Positions 48,182 through 57,531 of a stretch of DNA of 64,000 nt are shown here, piece by piece. The stretch is from Betaproteobacteria bacterium Ga0077526 (GTDB lineage: Bacteria > Pseudomonadota > Gammaproteobacteria > Burkholderiales > Ga0077523): positions 62,867 through 126,866 of the forward strand of contig LNDV01000031.1 in assembly GCA_001464765.1 (NCBI GenBank), given 5' to 3'. Every line of letters begins with the position of its first letter. Position 1 is the first letter of the stretch. The position numbers were made by a program, and so were the translations under genes. The notes below the pieces were generated by a model that saw nothing but the letters and a program-made list of their open reading frames with translations, did no database searches and was not told where the DNA came from.

Positions 48182-49114
48182 ATGGCTGAACAACGCAAGG
48201 TCATCATCACCTGCGCCGTGACCGGCGCGATCCACACCCCCACGATGTCGCCGTACCTGCCGATCACCCCGGCAGAAATCGCGGAAGCTGCCATCGGCGC
48301 CGCGGAAGCCGGCGCGGCAATCGTGCACCTGCACGCGCGCAATCCGTCGGACGGTCGTCCGACCCAGGATCCCGCGCTGTTCCGCGAGTTCCTGCCCGTG
48401 ATCAAGGCCGCGTCCAACGTCGTCATCAACATCACGACCGGCGGCGCCCCGACAATGCTGGTGGAAGAGCGCCTCCAGCCCGCTCTGCAGCTCAAGCCCG
48501 AGGTGGCGTCCCTCAACATGGGCTCCATGAACTTCGGTCTGTACGAGATGATCCCGCGGTTCAAGGAATGGAAGCACGACTGGGAGCTTCCGTACCTCGA
48601 CGGCTCGCACGACCGTATCTTCAAGAACACCTTCAAGGACATCGCCTACATCCTCGAGTCGTGCGGCGACAACAACACCCGCTTCGAGATCGAGTGCTAC
48701 GACATCGGCCATCTCTACACCGCGGCGCACTTCCTGGACCGTGGCCTGGTGAAGGCTCCGCTTTTCATCCAGTCGGTGTTCGGACTGCGCGGCGGGATCG
48801 GCCCCCACCCCGAGGACGTGATGCACATGAAGCGCACCGCGGACCGCCTCTTCGGCAACCAGTACCAGTGGTCGGTTCTGGGCGCCGGGCGCAACCAGAT
48901 GTACATCGCCGCCCAGTCGGCCGTGATGGGCGGCAACGTGCGGGTCGGCCTCGAGGACAGCCTGTGGTTGGGCAAGGGCCAGCTCGCCCGCACCAATGCG
49001 GAACAGGTGGCGAAGATCAAGCGCATACTCGAAGAGTTGGGCCTGGAAGTTGCAACGCCCGACGATGCTCGCCGCATCCTCCAACTCAAGGGTGCCGCGA
49101 ACGTCGGGTTCTGA
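48182..49114 (+). CDS. Beta-keto acid cleavage enzyme (BKACE/DUF849)
   Basis: ITCAVTGAIHTP, VHLHAR, SLNMGS and VRVGLED motifs. Confidence 0.93.
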   Translation: MAEQRKVIITCAVTGAIHTPTMSPYLPITPAEIAEAAIGAAEAGAAIVHLHARNPSDGRPTQDPALFREFLPVIKAASNVVINITTGGAPTMLVEERLQPALQLKPEVASLNMGSMNFGLYEMIPRFKEWKHDWELPYLDGSHDRIFKNTFKDIAYILESCGDNNTRFEIECYDIGHLYTAAHFLDRGLVKAPLFIQSVFGLRGGIGPHPEDVMHMKRTADRLFGNQYQWSVLGAGRNQMYIAAQSAVMGGNVRVGLEDSLWLGKGQLARTNAEQVAKIKRILEELGLEVATPDDARRILQLKGAANVGF

Positions 49115-49193
49115 GGGCGGTGCTCCTGCCGATTGGCGATCCCGCCCGGATGCGCGAGAATCCAGGCGGGAACCATCTGTGTGGAGCAGCCCC

Positions 49194-50456
49194 ATGGACC
49201 AGAAGGAAGGACATCTCCAACTGACCGAAACGGCCTCGAGAGCGGCGGGGGAAACCGCGCCGACCGCCTTCGAGCGTCGCATGCTGGCCGGTCTGCTCGA
49301 AGCCTGTGGCCATCCTCCTCTCGCCATCGTCCTCTGGAATGGCGAACAGTTTCTCGGTGAGGGCCGCCAGGCGCCTGTTGCCAGGATCGTCATCCGGGAT
49401 CGCGGCGCCCTGCTGCGGATGGTCGTGAACCCCGAGCTGTATACCGGCGACGACTACAGCCACGGTCGCGTCGAGATCGAGGGGGACTTCGTCGCCTGCC
49501 TCGAGCAGATCTTCCGCGGCCTCGATACCCTGCCCGAGAAGTCCGTCAAGGCGCGGTTCCTCCGCTGGATGAACCGGCCGCGCGCCAACAGCCTCACCGG
49601 GTCGCGCGAGAACATCCATCACCACTACGACCTCGGCAACGACTTCTATCGCCTGTGGCTGGATCGCGAGGCCATGCAGTACACCTGCGCCTACTATCCG
49701 CGCCCCGACCTGACCATCGAGCAGTCGCAGCGTGCCAAGCTCGACCACGTCGCCCGCAAGCTGCAGTTGAAACCTGGCGATGTCGTGTACGAAGCCGGCT
49801 GCGGCTGGGGCGGACTCGCCCGGCATTTCGTGCGCCACTACGGTGTTGCGAAGGTCCGGGCCTTCAACATCTCCGAAGAACAGGTCCGCTTCGCCCGCGA
49901 GGAGGCCAGGCGTCAGGGCCTCGACGGTCGCGTCGAGTACGTGCTCGACGACTACCGGAACATGTCGGGACAGTGCGACGTCTTCGTCTCGATCGGCATG
50001 CTGGAGCATGTGGGCGTCGACAACTACCCCACGCTCGGCGACGTCATCCATCGTGTGCTGTCGCCCCATGGCCGCGGGCTCATCCACTCCATCGGCCGCA
50101 ACCGCGCCGCACCCATGAACGCGTGGATCGAGAAGCGCATCTTCCCGGGCGCGTATCCGGCGACCCTCGCCGAAATGATGCGCATCTTCGAGGACAACAA
50201 TTTTTCCGTGCTGGACGTCGAGAACATCCGCCTCCACTACGCGCAGACCCTGCAGCACTGGTTCGACCGCTTCGAGGAGAACGCGGACGAGATCCGCCGC
50301 ATGTACGACGAACGGTTCGTGCGCATGTGGCGTCTTTATCTCGCGGGTTCGAAGGCGTCGTTCCTGGTGGGCGCACTGCAGTTGTTCCAGATCGTCTTCG
50401 CCCGGGGGCACGACAACACCGTGCCCATGTCGCGCGAACACCTGTACCGGAGCTAG
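49194..50456 (+). CDS. CFA-synthase-family phospholipid methyltransferase (TmpB-like)
   Basis: NIHHHYDLGNDFY, QYTCAYY, EAGCGWG, SIGMLEHVG and IFPG motifs. Confidence 0.88.
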   Translation: MDQKEGHLQLTETASRAAGETAPTAFERRMLAGLLEACGHPPLAIVLWNGEQFLGEGRQAPVARIVIRDRGALLRMVVNPELYTGDDYSHGRVEIEGDFVACLEQIFRGLDTLPEKSVKARFLRWMNRPRANSLTGSRENIHHHYDLGNDFYRLWLDREAMQYTCAYYPRPDLTIEQSQRAKLDHVARKLQLKPGDVVYEAGCGWGGLARHFVRHYGVAKVRAFNISEEQVRFAREEARRQGLDGRVEYVLDDYRNMSGQCDVFVSIGMLEHVGVDNYPTLGDVIHRVLSPHGRGLIHSIGRNRAAPMNAWIEKRIFPGAYPATLAEMMRIFEDNNFSVLDVENIRLHYAQTLQHWFDRFEENADEIRRMYDERFVRMWRLYLAGSKASFLVGALQLFQIVFARGHDNTVPMSREHLYRS

Positions 50457-50459
50457 ATC

Positions 50460-51581
50460 ATGGATGCCTGCGAAGTCCTCATCGTGGGTGGCGGCCCCGC
50501 GGGCTCCACGTGCGCCTGGAAGCTGAAGCGCGCGGGAGTCGACGTCGCCGTGCTCGACAAGAAGCCCTTTCCTCGCGACAAGATTTGCGCAGGGTGGGTC
50601 ACGCCGGCCGTGATGGACACGCTGCAGGTGGACCTCGACGAGTACCGCGGCGGGGGTCGGACGCTTCAGCCCATCACCGGTTTTCGCACGGGCGTGATCG
50701 GCGGCAACGAGGTCGAGACCTTCTTCCGCGAAACCGTGAGCTACGGCATCCGCCGACGTGAGTTCGACACGTACCTGCTGGAGCGCTCCGGCGCGCGACT
50801 CGTGGACCCGCAGCCCCTCAAGTCGCTGGAACACGGTGCGAACGGCTGGCTGGCCAACGACGCACTGCAGGCCCGGATGGTCATCGGCGCCGGCGGGCAC
50901 TTCTGCCCGGTCGCACGGCGCCTCGGGGCCCAGCTGGGGCAGGCCGAGACCGTGGTGGCGGCGCAGGAAATCGAGTTCCTCATGACCGCCGAGCAGAAGC
51001 GCGAAACCAAGGCCGAGGGGGAGATCCCGGAGCTCTACTTCTGCGAGGACCTGAAGGGCTACGGCTGGGTGTTCCGCAAGGGGGACTACCTTAACGTGGG
51101 TCTGGGCCGCGAGGACAATCACCGCCTGTCCGAGCACGTGCAGGCGTTCGCACAATGGCTCAAGGCCAAGGGGCGGGTCCCGCAGGACATGCCCGAGAAG
51201 TTCGCGGGACACGCCTACCTGCTCTACAACCATGCACCGCGACCGTTCGTGGCGGAGGCGGCTGTCCTGGTGGGCGACGCGGCGGGTCTCGCGTACCCGC
51301 AGAGTGGCGAAGGCATCCGCCCGGCCGTGGAGTCGGCAGTTCTGGCCGCGGACACGCTGATCGCTGCGGGGGGACAGTATGGCGCGGCTCAGCTGGAGCC
51401 GTACCGTCGCGAAATGGTCGCGCGCTTCGGCCCGCGCGAAAGTCTGTCGATGACCGACCGGCTGCCGGAAGGCCTCAAGCGCTTCCTCGCGACACGTCTT
51501 CTCGGCAATCGCTGGTTCACCCGGAACGTCGTGATCCAGAACTGGTTCCTGCACGCGACCCAGCCCGTTCTCCAGGCGTGA
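50460..51581 (+). CDS. Geranylgeranyl-reductase-family flavoprotein (TmpA-like)
   Basis: GGGPAG, FPRDKICAG, GYGWVF and GDAAG...SGEGI motifs; starts 3 nt after the methyltransferase. Confidence 0.85.
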   Translation: MDACEVLIVGGGPAGSTCAWKLKRAGVDVAVLDKKPFPRDKICAGWVTPAVMDTLQVDLDEYRGGGRTLQPITGFRTGVIGGNEVETFFRETVSYGIRRREFDTYLLERSGARLVDPQPLKSLEHGANGWLANDALQARMVIGAGGHFCPVARRLGAQLGQAETVVAAQEIEFLMTAEQKRETKAEGEIPELYFCEDLKGYGWVFRKGDYLNVGLGREDNHRLSEHVQAFAQWLKAKGRVPQDMPEKFAGHAYLLYNHAPRPFVAEAAVLVGDAAGLAYPQSGEGIRPAVESAVLAADTLIAAGGQYGAAQLEPYRREMVARFGPRESLSMTDRLPEGLKRFLATRLLGNRWFTRNVVIQNWFLHATQPVLQA

Positions 51582-51654
51582 GCGCACCGCCCCGGGGCGG
51601 CTATCCGTGCCCGCCGGCCGGGAGTATCCTCGCCGTCGGACAGGAGGCAGGGCA

Positions 51655-51870
51655 ATGCGCAGATTCCAATTCAAGGTCAAGGCCCGCAACGGGACCGTGG
51701 TCGAAGCCGTCGTGATCCAGGGACAGGACCGCGAGGATGCGGAGCGCAAGCTCTTTCAGATGTACGTGGGCTGCACAGTGCTGGAATGCAGCGAATCTGC
51801 CGTCTCGACTGCACGGGACGAGAATCTCGACGTCGCCGGCATCATCTCTCTGATTTCCAAGCAGGAATAG
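51655..51870 (+). CDS. Small hypothetical protein (71 aa)
   Basis: AGGAGG upstream of the ATG; globular beta-beta-alpha-beta pattern. Confidence 0.65.
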   Translation: MRRFQFKVKARNGTVVEAVVIQGQDREDAERKLFQMYVGCTVLECSESAVSTARDENLDVAGIISLISKQE

Positions 51871-51889
51871 CAATCCCGGCGGGAGCCTG

Positions 51890-52654
51890 CTACTCCACGA
51901 ACCCCGTGGCGATGAGTTCGTCCAGCAGAGCGTCGTAGTCCTGCGCTCCCCGGCTGCCGGGCGCATGCGTGAACACATCCAGATTGGCCGCCGGACTTTC
52001 CGCCACGCTCACGGACTCGGAAATGCGCGTCTCGCACATATCCGGACCGAAACGCTCGGCGATGGTGCGGAAGATCTGCCAGGACATGTTGCGGCGCGTA
52101 TCGAACCGGGTCATGACATAGCGCCGCTCGATGCGCTTTTTCAGAACGTGCTCGAGCGCCCGTAGCGTCTTCTCCACCTGCAGGACTCCCTTCACCGCCA
52201 GGTAGTCGGCCGAGACCGGCACCAGCACGCGGTCGGAAGCGAAGATGGCATTGAGCGACAGCACGCCGAGCAGCGGACAGCAGTCGATGAGAACGGGCCG
52301 CCCGGTATTCAGGTTCTCCTTCACGATGCCCGCGTTCAGCCGGTTCAGTGCACTGGGCCCTTTGCCGAACTGCGAATCCACCTTGGAGAGTTCCACGTGC
52401 GCGGGAATCACCTCCCAGCCGCCGTTGCCGATGCGGATGAGATCCGACAGCGGCGTCGATTTTTCGTAGTAGGCGAAGACGCTGCGGTCCGCCTCGTCTA
52501 CGGTGGTCCCGCTGATATAGGAGAGATGGGCCTGCGGATCGAGGTCGATGCTGAGCGGTCGCCGGCCACGGCGCGCCATGGCGGCGGAAAGATTGAGCGA
52601 GGTGGTGGTCTTGCCTACCCCGCCCTTCTGATTGAAGACCGCGATCTTGGCCAT
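51890..52654 (-). CDS. ParA/Soj family ATPase (orphan)
   Basis: NQKGGVGKTT, IDLDPQ, IDCCP and AESPA motifs. Confidence 0.92.
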   Translation of the reverse strand: MAKIAVFNQKGGVGKTTTSLNLSAAMARRGRRPLSIDLDPQAHLSYISGTTVDEADRSVFAYYEKSTPLSDLIRIGNGGWEVIPAHVELSKVDSQFGKGPSALNRLNAGIVKENLNTGRPVLIDCCPLLGVLSLNAIFASDRVLVPVSADYLAVKGVLQVEKTLRALEHVLKKRIERRYVMTRFDTRRNMSWQIFRTIAERFGPDMCETRISESVSVAESPAANLDVFTHAPGSRGAQDYDALLDELIATGFVE

Positions 52655-52704
52655 CGTCGAGCATGCCTCCGGTGACTTGGGGGTGTCACAGGGCTTGACT
52701 CGAC

Positions 52705-52733
52705 TTTTTATATCCTGATCAGGATGTTGTCAA
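52705..52733 (-). promoter_or_regulatory. Putative sigma70 promoter of parA with a 14-bp palindrome in the spacer
   Basis: Minus strand TTGACA, 17 bp, TAAAAA; ATCCTGATCAGGAT at 52712-52725. Confidence 0.6.
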
Positions 52734-52818
52734 GAAACTCTCACCAACTTTCTGACATTTCCACCGCAGGGTCTTGATGCAGCGCATCATGCGCGAGTCA
52801 ACTCATCGGACCGAGCCA

Positions 52819-53322
52819 TCACTTGGATGCGGGCGCCGGATTCTCGGCGGGCCCGCCCAGCGCAACGTCACCGCGATCGTCGAACGGAATCGCCCCGCCC
52901 ATTCCAGTGCGGTAGAGCTTGCCCTTGATGCGGTACTCGAAGGACTTCATGGGTTCGGCCCCGCCAGTCACGGACCCGAGCTGACGGAGGATGCCGGTGA
53001 GCGTGCTGAGCGTCTCGACTTCCACGACCTCGGAGCCGAACCGCGGAATGACGACCGCCTGCCCCGTGGTCCCGCGCGCGAAATGCTTGCCGTTCAATTC
53101 CAGATCGAACACGAGCCCCTTCATCGCGATGTCGCGGTCGGTGGGGTTCTGTACCCGCAGCTTCACGAAGTACTGCTGCTCGAACACCCCCGCCGTCCCC
53201 ATGCGCAGGTCCGACACGTTCACCGACACGGGCTCGTAGCCTGACATGCCTGCGCACCCGCCCAGCACCGACAGGCACGCCGCCATTCCCGCGCCCAGCA
53301 TCCGACGCTTCCGCAAGTCCAT
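52819..53322 (-). CDS. LEA_2/WHy domain lipoprotein
   Basis: Lipobox LGGC; LRVQNP...I...G...LELNG WHy motif. Confidence 0.85.
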   Translation of the reverse strand: MDLRKRRMLGAGMAACLSVLGGCAGMSGYEPVSVNVSDLRMGTAGVFEQQYFVKLRVQNPTDRDIAMKGLVFDLELNGKHFARGTTGQAVVIPRFGSEVVEVETLSTLTGILRQLGSVTGGAEPMKSFEYRIKGKLYRTGMGGAIPFDDRGDVALGGPAENPAPASK

Positions 53323-53346
53323 CGTCCCTCCTATGATCCGTCCGTC

Positions 53347-54087
53347 ATGGCAACGCACGAGAGTACCACCGGGACTACGCCACCTTGGCCACCGGCCGAC
53401 ACCAGGGTCGGTCCTCGATTCCGCATTGCGCCCGAGGTAGAAGCCCTTGGCGTGCGAGGCGCCTTCGCGATCGTGGATTCGCTGGACAACACCGTGCCGT
53501 CGGCAGCGCTCGAACCCTACCGGGAAGCCCTGCGACAACGCCTCCGCGCGGAACTGGACGGCGACTTCATCGCCCGCGATCCCGTGCTCGCGGGCTTCCG
53601 CGCACTGCACCACCGGATCGGACGCTCGAATCGCCGCTTCCCGGCCTCGGCCGAATCGCTGGTCGCCCTGTTCCTTCGCAAGGGGGTGGTGCCCGCGGTG
53701 AATCCGCTGGTGGACCTCTACAACGGCGTATCGCTCGAAACGCGCCTCTCTCTCGGCGCCCACGATCTCGCCCACGTGCAAGGCGCGATCGAACTTCGCC
53801 TCACCACCGGCGCAGAGCCTTTCGTCCCCCTTGGATCGACCGAAACCGAAGCAGTGGGACCGGGCGAATACGCTTACATCGACAGCGCCGGGCGCATCCT
53901 CTGCCGATTGGAGCACCGCCAGTGCGAAGCCACGAAGGTCACGACGGCCACGCAGGCTTGCTTCTATATCCTGCAAGGCAATCCGGCCACGGACCGGGGG
54001 AGCCTCGAGCGCGGCCTCGAACGCCTGATCACTCTCACGACCACCTACTGCGGCGGGCGGGTTCTGGACTCCTGGGTCGTCGCCTGA
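53347..54087 (+). CDS. Free-standing B3/4 domain protein
   Basis: SAESL, VNPLVDLYNGVSL, GAHDL, GEYAY and CRLEHRQ motifs. Confidence 0.85.
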   Translation: MATHESTTGTTPPWPPADTRVGPRFRIAPEVEALGVRGAFAIVDSLDNTVPSAALEPYREALRQRLRAELDGDFIARDPVLAGFRALHHRIGRSNRRFPASAESLVALFLRKGVVPAVNPLVDLYNGVSLETRLSLGAHDLAHVQGAIELRLTTGAEPFVPLGSTETEAVGPGEYAYIDSAGRILCRLEHRQCEATKVTTATQACFYILQGNPATDRGSLERGLERLITLTTTYCGGRVLDSWVVA

Positions 54088-54209
54088 GATTCTGGGAAGG
54101 GTCGCCCCTGCGGGGACCATACCGACTGGCATATCACCAGCTTCGGCGTAGGCACCGCCCGCAGGCCAGTGTAGATTCCGGCATCGCTCACCTCGCCGCC
54201 GATCGCCCT

Positions 54210-55268
54210 GTGGAAACGCCCTCCCTGCCGGATGCCGTGCTGCCGCCCCCGCCACCGGCCGCGGAGCCTCTGCAGTTCACCGGCAACGGTGCCGAGTACT
54301 TCCGAATCTGGATCGTGAACCTCGCGCTCACGATCGTGACGCTCGGCATCTACTCGGCCTGGGCGAAGGTCCGGCGCCTGCAGTACTTCCACCGGAACAC
54401 GCTGCTTGCCGGATCCGGTTTCGACTACCACGGACGGCCGCTTGCGATTCTCAAGGGCCGCATCATCGCCGTCGTGATGGTGAGTGGCACGAACTTCCTG
54501 TTCGACTACGACCCCGAGTACGGCCTCGTTGCGCTCGTCGCCGTGATCGCGGTACTGCCCTGGCTCCTGGTGCGCTCCATCGCGTTCCGCCTTCGCAATA
54601 CGAGCTGGCGCGGGGTGCGATTCGATTTCCACGGTGCGGGCCTCCAGGGGTACCGCGTGTTCCTCGTCTGGCCTCTGCTCGCCCTGGTCTCCTTCGGCCT
54701 GCTGTGGCCCTCGGCGCACAGCAGGCTGGTGAGCTTCCAGCGCAATCACGCGGCCTTCGGCGGCAGCCGCTTCTCCTTTCGCGGAACCATCGGCGACTTC
54801 TACAAGGTCTATCTGCTGACCTCGCTGCTGTTCTCCGTCGTGCCGGTCGCGCTGTTCGCTCTGGTCATGTTCGCACTCAGTGCGGGAGCCAGCTATTCGG
54901 TGCAGACCATCATGGTCTCGATCGGCGTGGTCTGCTTCTACGGCGCCTTGCTCTCCGGCGGACCGTTTCTCGTCAGCCGGCTGCAGAATCTCATCTGGAA
55001 CCGTACGAGGCTGGAGTCGCACGAGTTCCGCTCGGACGTGAAGTTCGGGAAGCTCCTCTGGATCACGCTTGGCAATCTCGCCCTCACCATCATCACGCTC
55101 GGCCTGTTCCGTCCGTTTGCGGCAATCCGCACGGCACGGTATCGCGTCGGGTGCGTGACGCTGATCCCGTCGGAGTCGCTCGAAGGATTCGTCGGTCGCC
55201 GGATCGAGGAAGTGGGGGCCGTGGGCGAAGAGGTCGGGGAGTTCCTGGACATCGACATCGCGCTATGA
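54210..55268 (+). CDS. YjgN/DUF898 family membrane protein
   Basis: FTGNGAEYFRIWIVNLALTIVTLGIYSAWAKVR motif. Confidence 0.92.
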   Translation: METPSLPDAVLPPPPPAAEPLQFTGNGAEYFRIWIVNLALTIVTLGIYSAWAKVRRLQYFHRNTLLAGSGFDYHGRPLAILKGRIIAVVMVSGTNFLFDYDPEYGLVALVAVIAVLPWLLVRSIAFRLRNTSWRGVRFDFHGAGLQGYRVFLVWPLLALVSFGLLWPSAHSRLVSFQRNHAAFGGSRFSFRGTIGDFYKVYLLTSLLFSVVPVALFALVMFALSAGASYSVQTIMVSIGVVCFYGALLSGGPFLVSRLQNLIWNRTRLESHEFRSDVKFGKLLWITLGNLALTIITLGLFRPFAAIRTARYRVGCVTLIPSESLEGFVGRRIEEVGAVGEEVGEFLDIDIAL

Positions 55269-56308
55269 GTGCGGCAGACCGTGTCGCTTGCGACTACTTC
55301 GACGGTCGAAGCTCGAAGCGCCATCCGGTCACCCTTGGCGTCGAGGACGGTCACGCGGTCGTCGAGGGAGAAGGCGTCTCGCGGCGGGAACCGCTGCAGG
55401 CCGTCCGCGTATCGGAACGCATGGGCGGTGCCGCGCGGATGGTGAGCTTCGCCGACGGCGCCTTCTGCGAAGTCCGTGACCACGACGCGCTCGACGCCCT
55501 GCTCCACGCGACGGGGTATCGCGATTCCATCGTGGTCAGGATGCAGAACCGCTGGCGCGTCGCCGCCGCCGGAATTGCCATCTGCGCGGCCCTCGTCGTT
55601 GTCACCTATCTGTTCGTCCTGCCCTGGGCGGCGGACCAGGCAGCCGCGCATGTGCCCGCCAGCGCCATCGAGACCATGTCGAACCGCACTCTCGAAATGC
55701 TCGACGAGCATGTGCTCGAGCCTTCGAAGGCTTCGCCTGAACGCGCCCGAGACCTGGCGGCCAAGTTCGCACGACTGAGCACGCCGGATGGCTCGAAGAT
55801 CGCCCATCGGGTGGAGTTCCGGTCGGCACCGCTCGTCGGACCCAACGCCTTCGCGCTGCCGTCCGGCACGATCATCGTCACCGACGAGTTGCTCGCGCTC
55901 ACCGACCGCGACGACGAAATCCTGGGCGTACTCGCGCACGAACTGGGGCATGTCGCCCGGCGCCACGGCGTACGACAGGTGCTGCAGAGTTCCGTCGTCG
56001 GGCTGTTCGTTACCTGGTACCTGGGTGACGTGTCTTCGCTGCTCACTGCCGTACCGGCAGCGCTGCTGGAAGCCCGCTACTCGCGGGACCACGAGCGCGA
56101 GGCGGACGAGTACGCCGCCCGAATGCTCCGCCACAACGCGATGAGCCCGGAACTGCTCGCGGTGATGCTGGGCAGGCTGGAGCGCGCGCACGGGTCGGGC
56201 GACGCCGGATCCGGCACCGACGACAAATCGAACGACCGCGGATTGCCGGAGTACCTGTCCACCCATCCGGCCACGGCAGAACGGATCGAAGCGCTGCGCA
56301 GGCCATAG
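55265..56308 (+). CDS. M48 family metallopeptidase
   Basis: YFDG N-terminus; NAFALP, AHELGH, EREAD and LSTHP motifs; ATGA overlap with the DUF898 gene. Confidence 0.92.
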   Translation: MSAADRVACDYFDGRSSKRHPVTLGVEDGHAVVEGEGVSRREPLQAVRVSERMGGAARMVSFADGAFCEVRDHDALDALLHATGYRDSIVVRMQNRWRVAAAGIAICAALVVVTYLFVLPWAADQAAAHVPASAIETMSNRTLEMLDEHVLEPSKASPERARDLAAKFARLSTPDGSKIAHRVEFRSAPLVGPNAFALPSGTIIVTDELLALTDRDDEILGVLAHELGHVARRHGVRQVLQSSVVGLFVTWYLGDVSSLLTAVPAALLEARYSRDHEREADEYAARMLRHNAMSPELLAVMLGRLERAHGSGDAGSGTDDKSNDRGLPEYLSTHPATAERIEALRRP

Positions 56309-56431
56309 GGTATGGTTCGTTCCATCGGCGCGACCGCACTATCGGTACGAACTTTCCCTTGCAGAGGACGTCAGCGCAACTCCCGCGGACACGTTGCGGT
56401 CGAACGTGTCCTCTGAAAAAAGGGAATCCCG

Positions 56432-57070
56432 ATGCGCCGAATCCTGACGACCTTCGTCTCCGCCGCCTTCTTCGCCCTCCTGTGCGTTCCTGCCGCCCGG
56501 GCTCAGACCAGTTCCATCTGGGACGGCTTCGGCGTCTACGTCGGCGGTGGCCTCGGGGTCGCCCGCGACTCCGGTGACTACGGCTACGCCAACACGACGC
56601 TGACGCGGCAGGACTTCACCGGTCCTGGCGCCAAGATCTACGTGGGTCTTCGCCTGTTTCGCTATTTTGGAATGGAGGTCGCGTATGCTCGCATCGCGAC
56701 CACGAACATCGACGGCGTCACGGCCGGTAACCAGCCCTTCTCCGACCGGTACACCCACGAGGCGCTTCCGGTGTCCTTCGTGGGATTCCTGCCGCTCGGG
56801 GATCGCTGGGAACTCAATGCCCGACTGGGCGTGGTCGCGAACAGCAGCTACGAAACAGGCGGGACGTGCTACACGCGGTCACGGAACGGGACGGTGCGGC
56901 AGCATCGGTGCTCGGAGACGACCACCGCCTTCGGCCTCGGCGCGCGATACGCCTTCAACGGGAAGTGGGGCGCACGCCTGGACTACGACCTCTACCAGCT
57001 GCGCGACGGCGTGAACTCGCCCCGGTCCGACCTGAGCATGCTCTCGCTGGGCATCGACTACCGCTTCTGA
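56432..57070 (+). CDS. Small outer-membrane beta-barrel protein (OmpA-TM-like)
   Basis: Signal peptide, YVGGGLG, GLGARY and terminal DYRF. Confidence 0.82.
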   Translation: MRRILTTFVSAAFFALLCVPAARAQTSSIWDGFGVYVGGGLGVARDSGDYGYANTTLTRQDFTGPGAKIYVGLRLFRYFGMEVAYARIATTNIDGVTAGNQPFSDRYTHEALPVSFVGFLPLGDRWELNARLGVVANSSYETGGTCYTRSRNGTVRQHRCSETTTAFGLGARYAFNGKWGARLDYDLYQLRDGVNSPRSDLSMLSLGIDYRF

Positions 57071-57531
57071 GGCAGCATGTCGTTGCGGCTGGGGCCGGTG
57101 CCGCTTTCCTGAAAGAGGGTTTCTCCTTCGAGCACCGCGCTGTAGTGGGGCACGCCGGCCGGCACCACGTAGAAGGTGCCTTGCGGATAGGCGATCAGTC
57201 GCGACTCATCCCACGTGTCCCCCACGGCGGACCAGTACGTCCCCTGAAGTACGGTGATGGTCCGGTCGTCGGGATGGGTGTGGGGCAGCAGCTTGTGTCC
57301 GGCGGACGCGCGGACACGGAAGGTGAAGGGGCCGGCCCGGTCCTGGGCGCCGTAGATCATCGACCGGGCAAGCGGTGGCTCCGCACGCAGGATGTCCCAG
57401 CGGATGTCATCGGGCCGGACCGCGAAGACTTCGCCTGCAGCCGTCGTCTGTGCGCACGCCGCCCCCGCCATCGCTCCCCACAGGACTGCTCCGGGAACAA
57501 CCGGCCAGCGCATCACGCAGCGTAGACTCAT
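57058..57531 (-). CDS. Exported cupin-domain protein
   Basis: Signal-like N-terminus; PHTHP...TVLQG and PAGVPH motifs; overlaps the dctM stop. Confidence 0.8.
   Translation of the reverse strand: MSLRCVMRWPVVPGAVLWGAMAGAACAQTTAAGEVFAVRPDDIRWDILRAEPPLARSMIYGAQDRAGPFTFRVRASAGHKLLPHTHPDDRTITVLQGTYWSAVGDTWDESRLIAYPQGTFYVVPAGVPHYSAVLEGETLFQESGTGPSRNDMLPQKR

Noticed and set aside
54210-56308. DUF898 + M48 pair
   Set aside because: A common conserved pair; nothing unusual is visible here.
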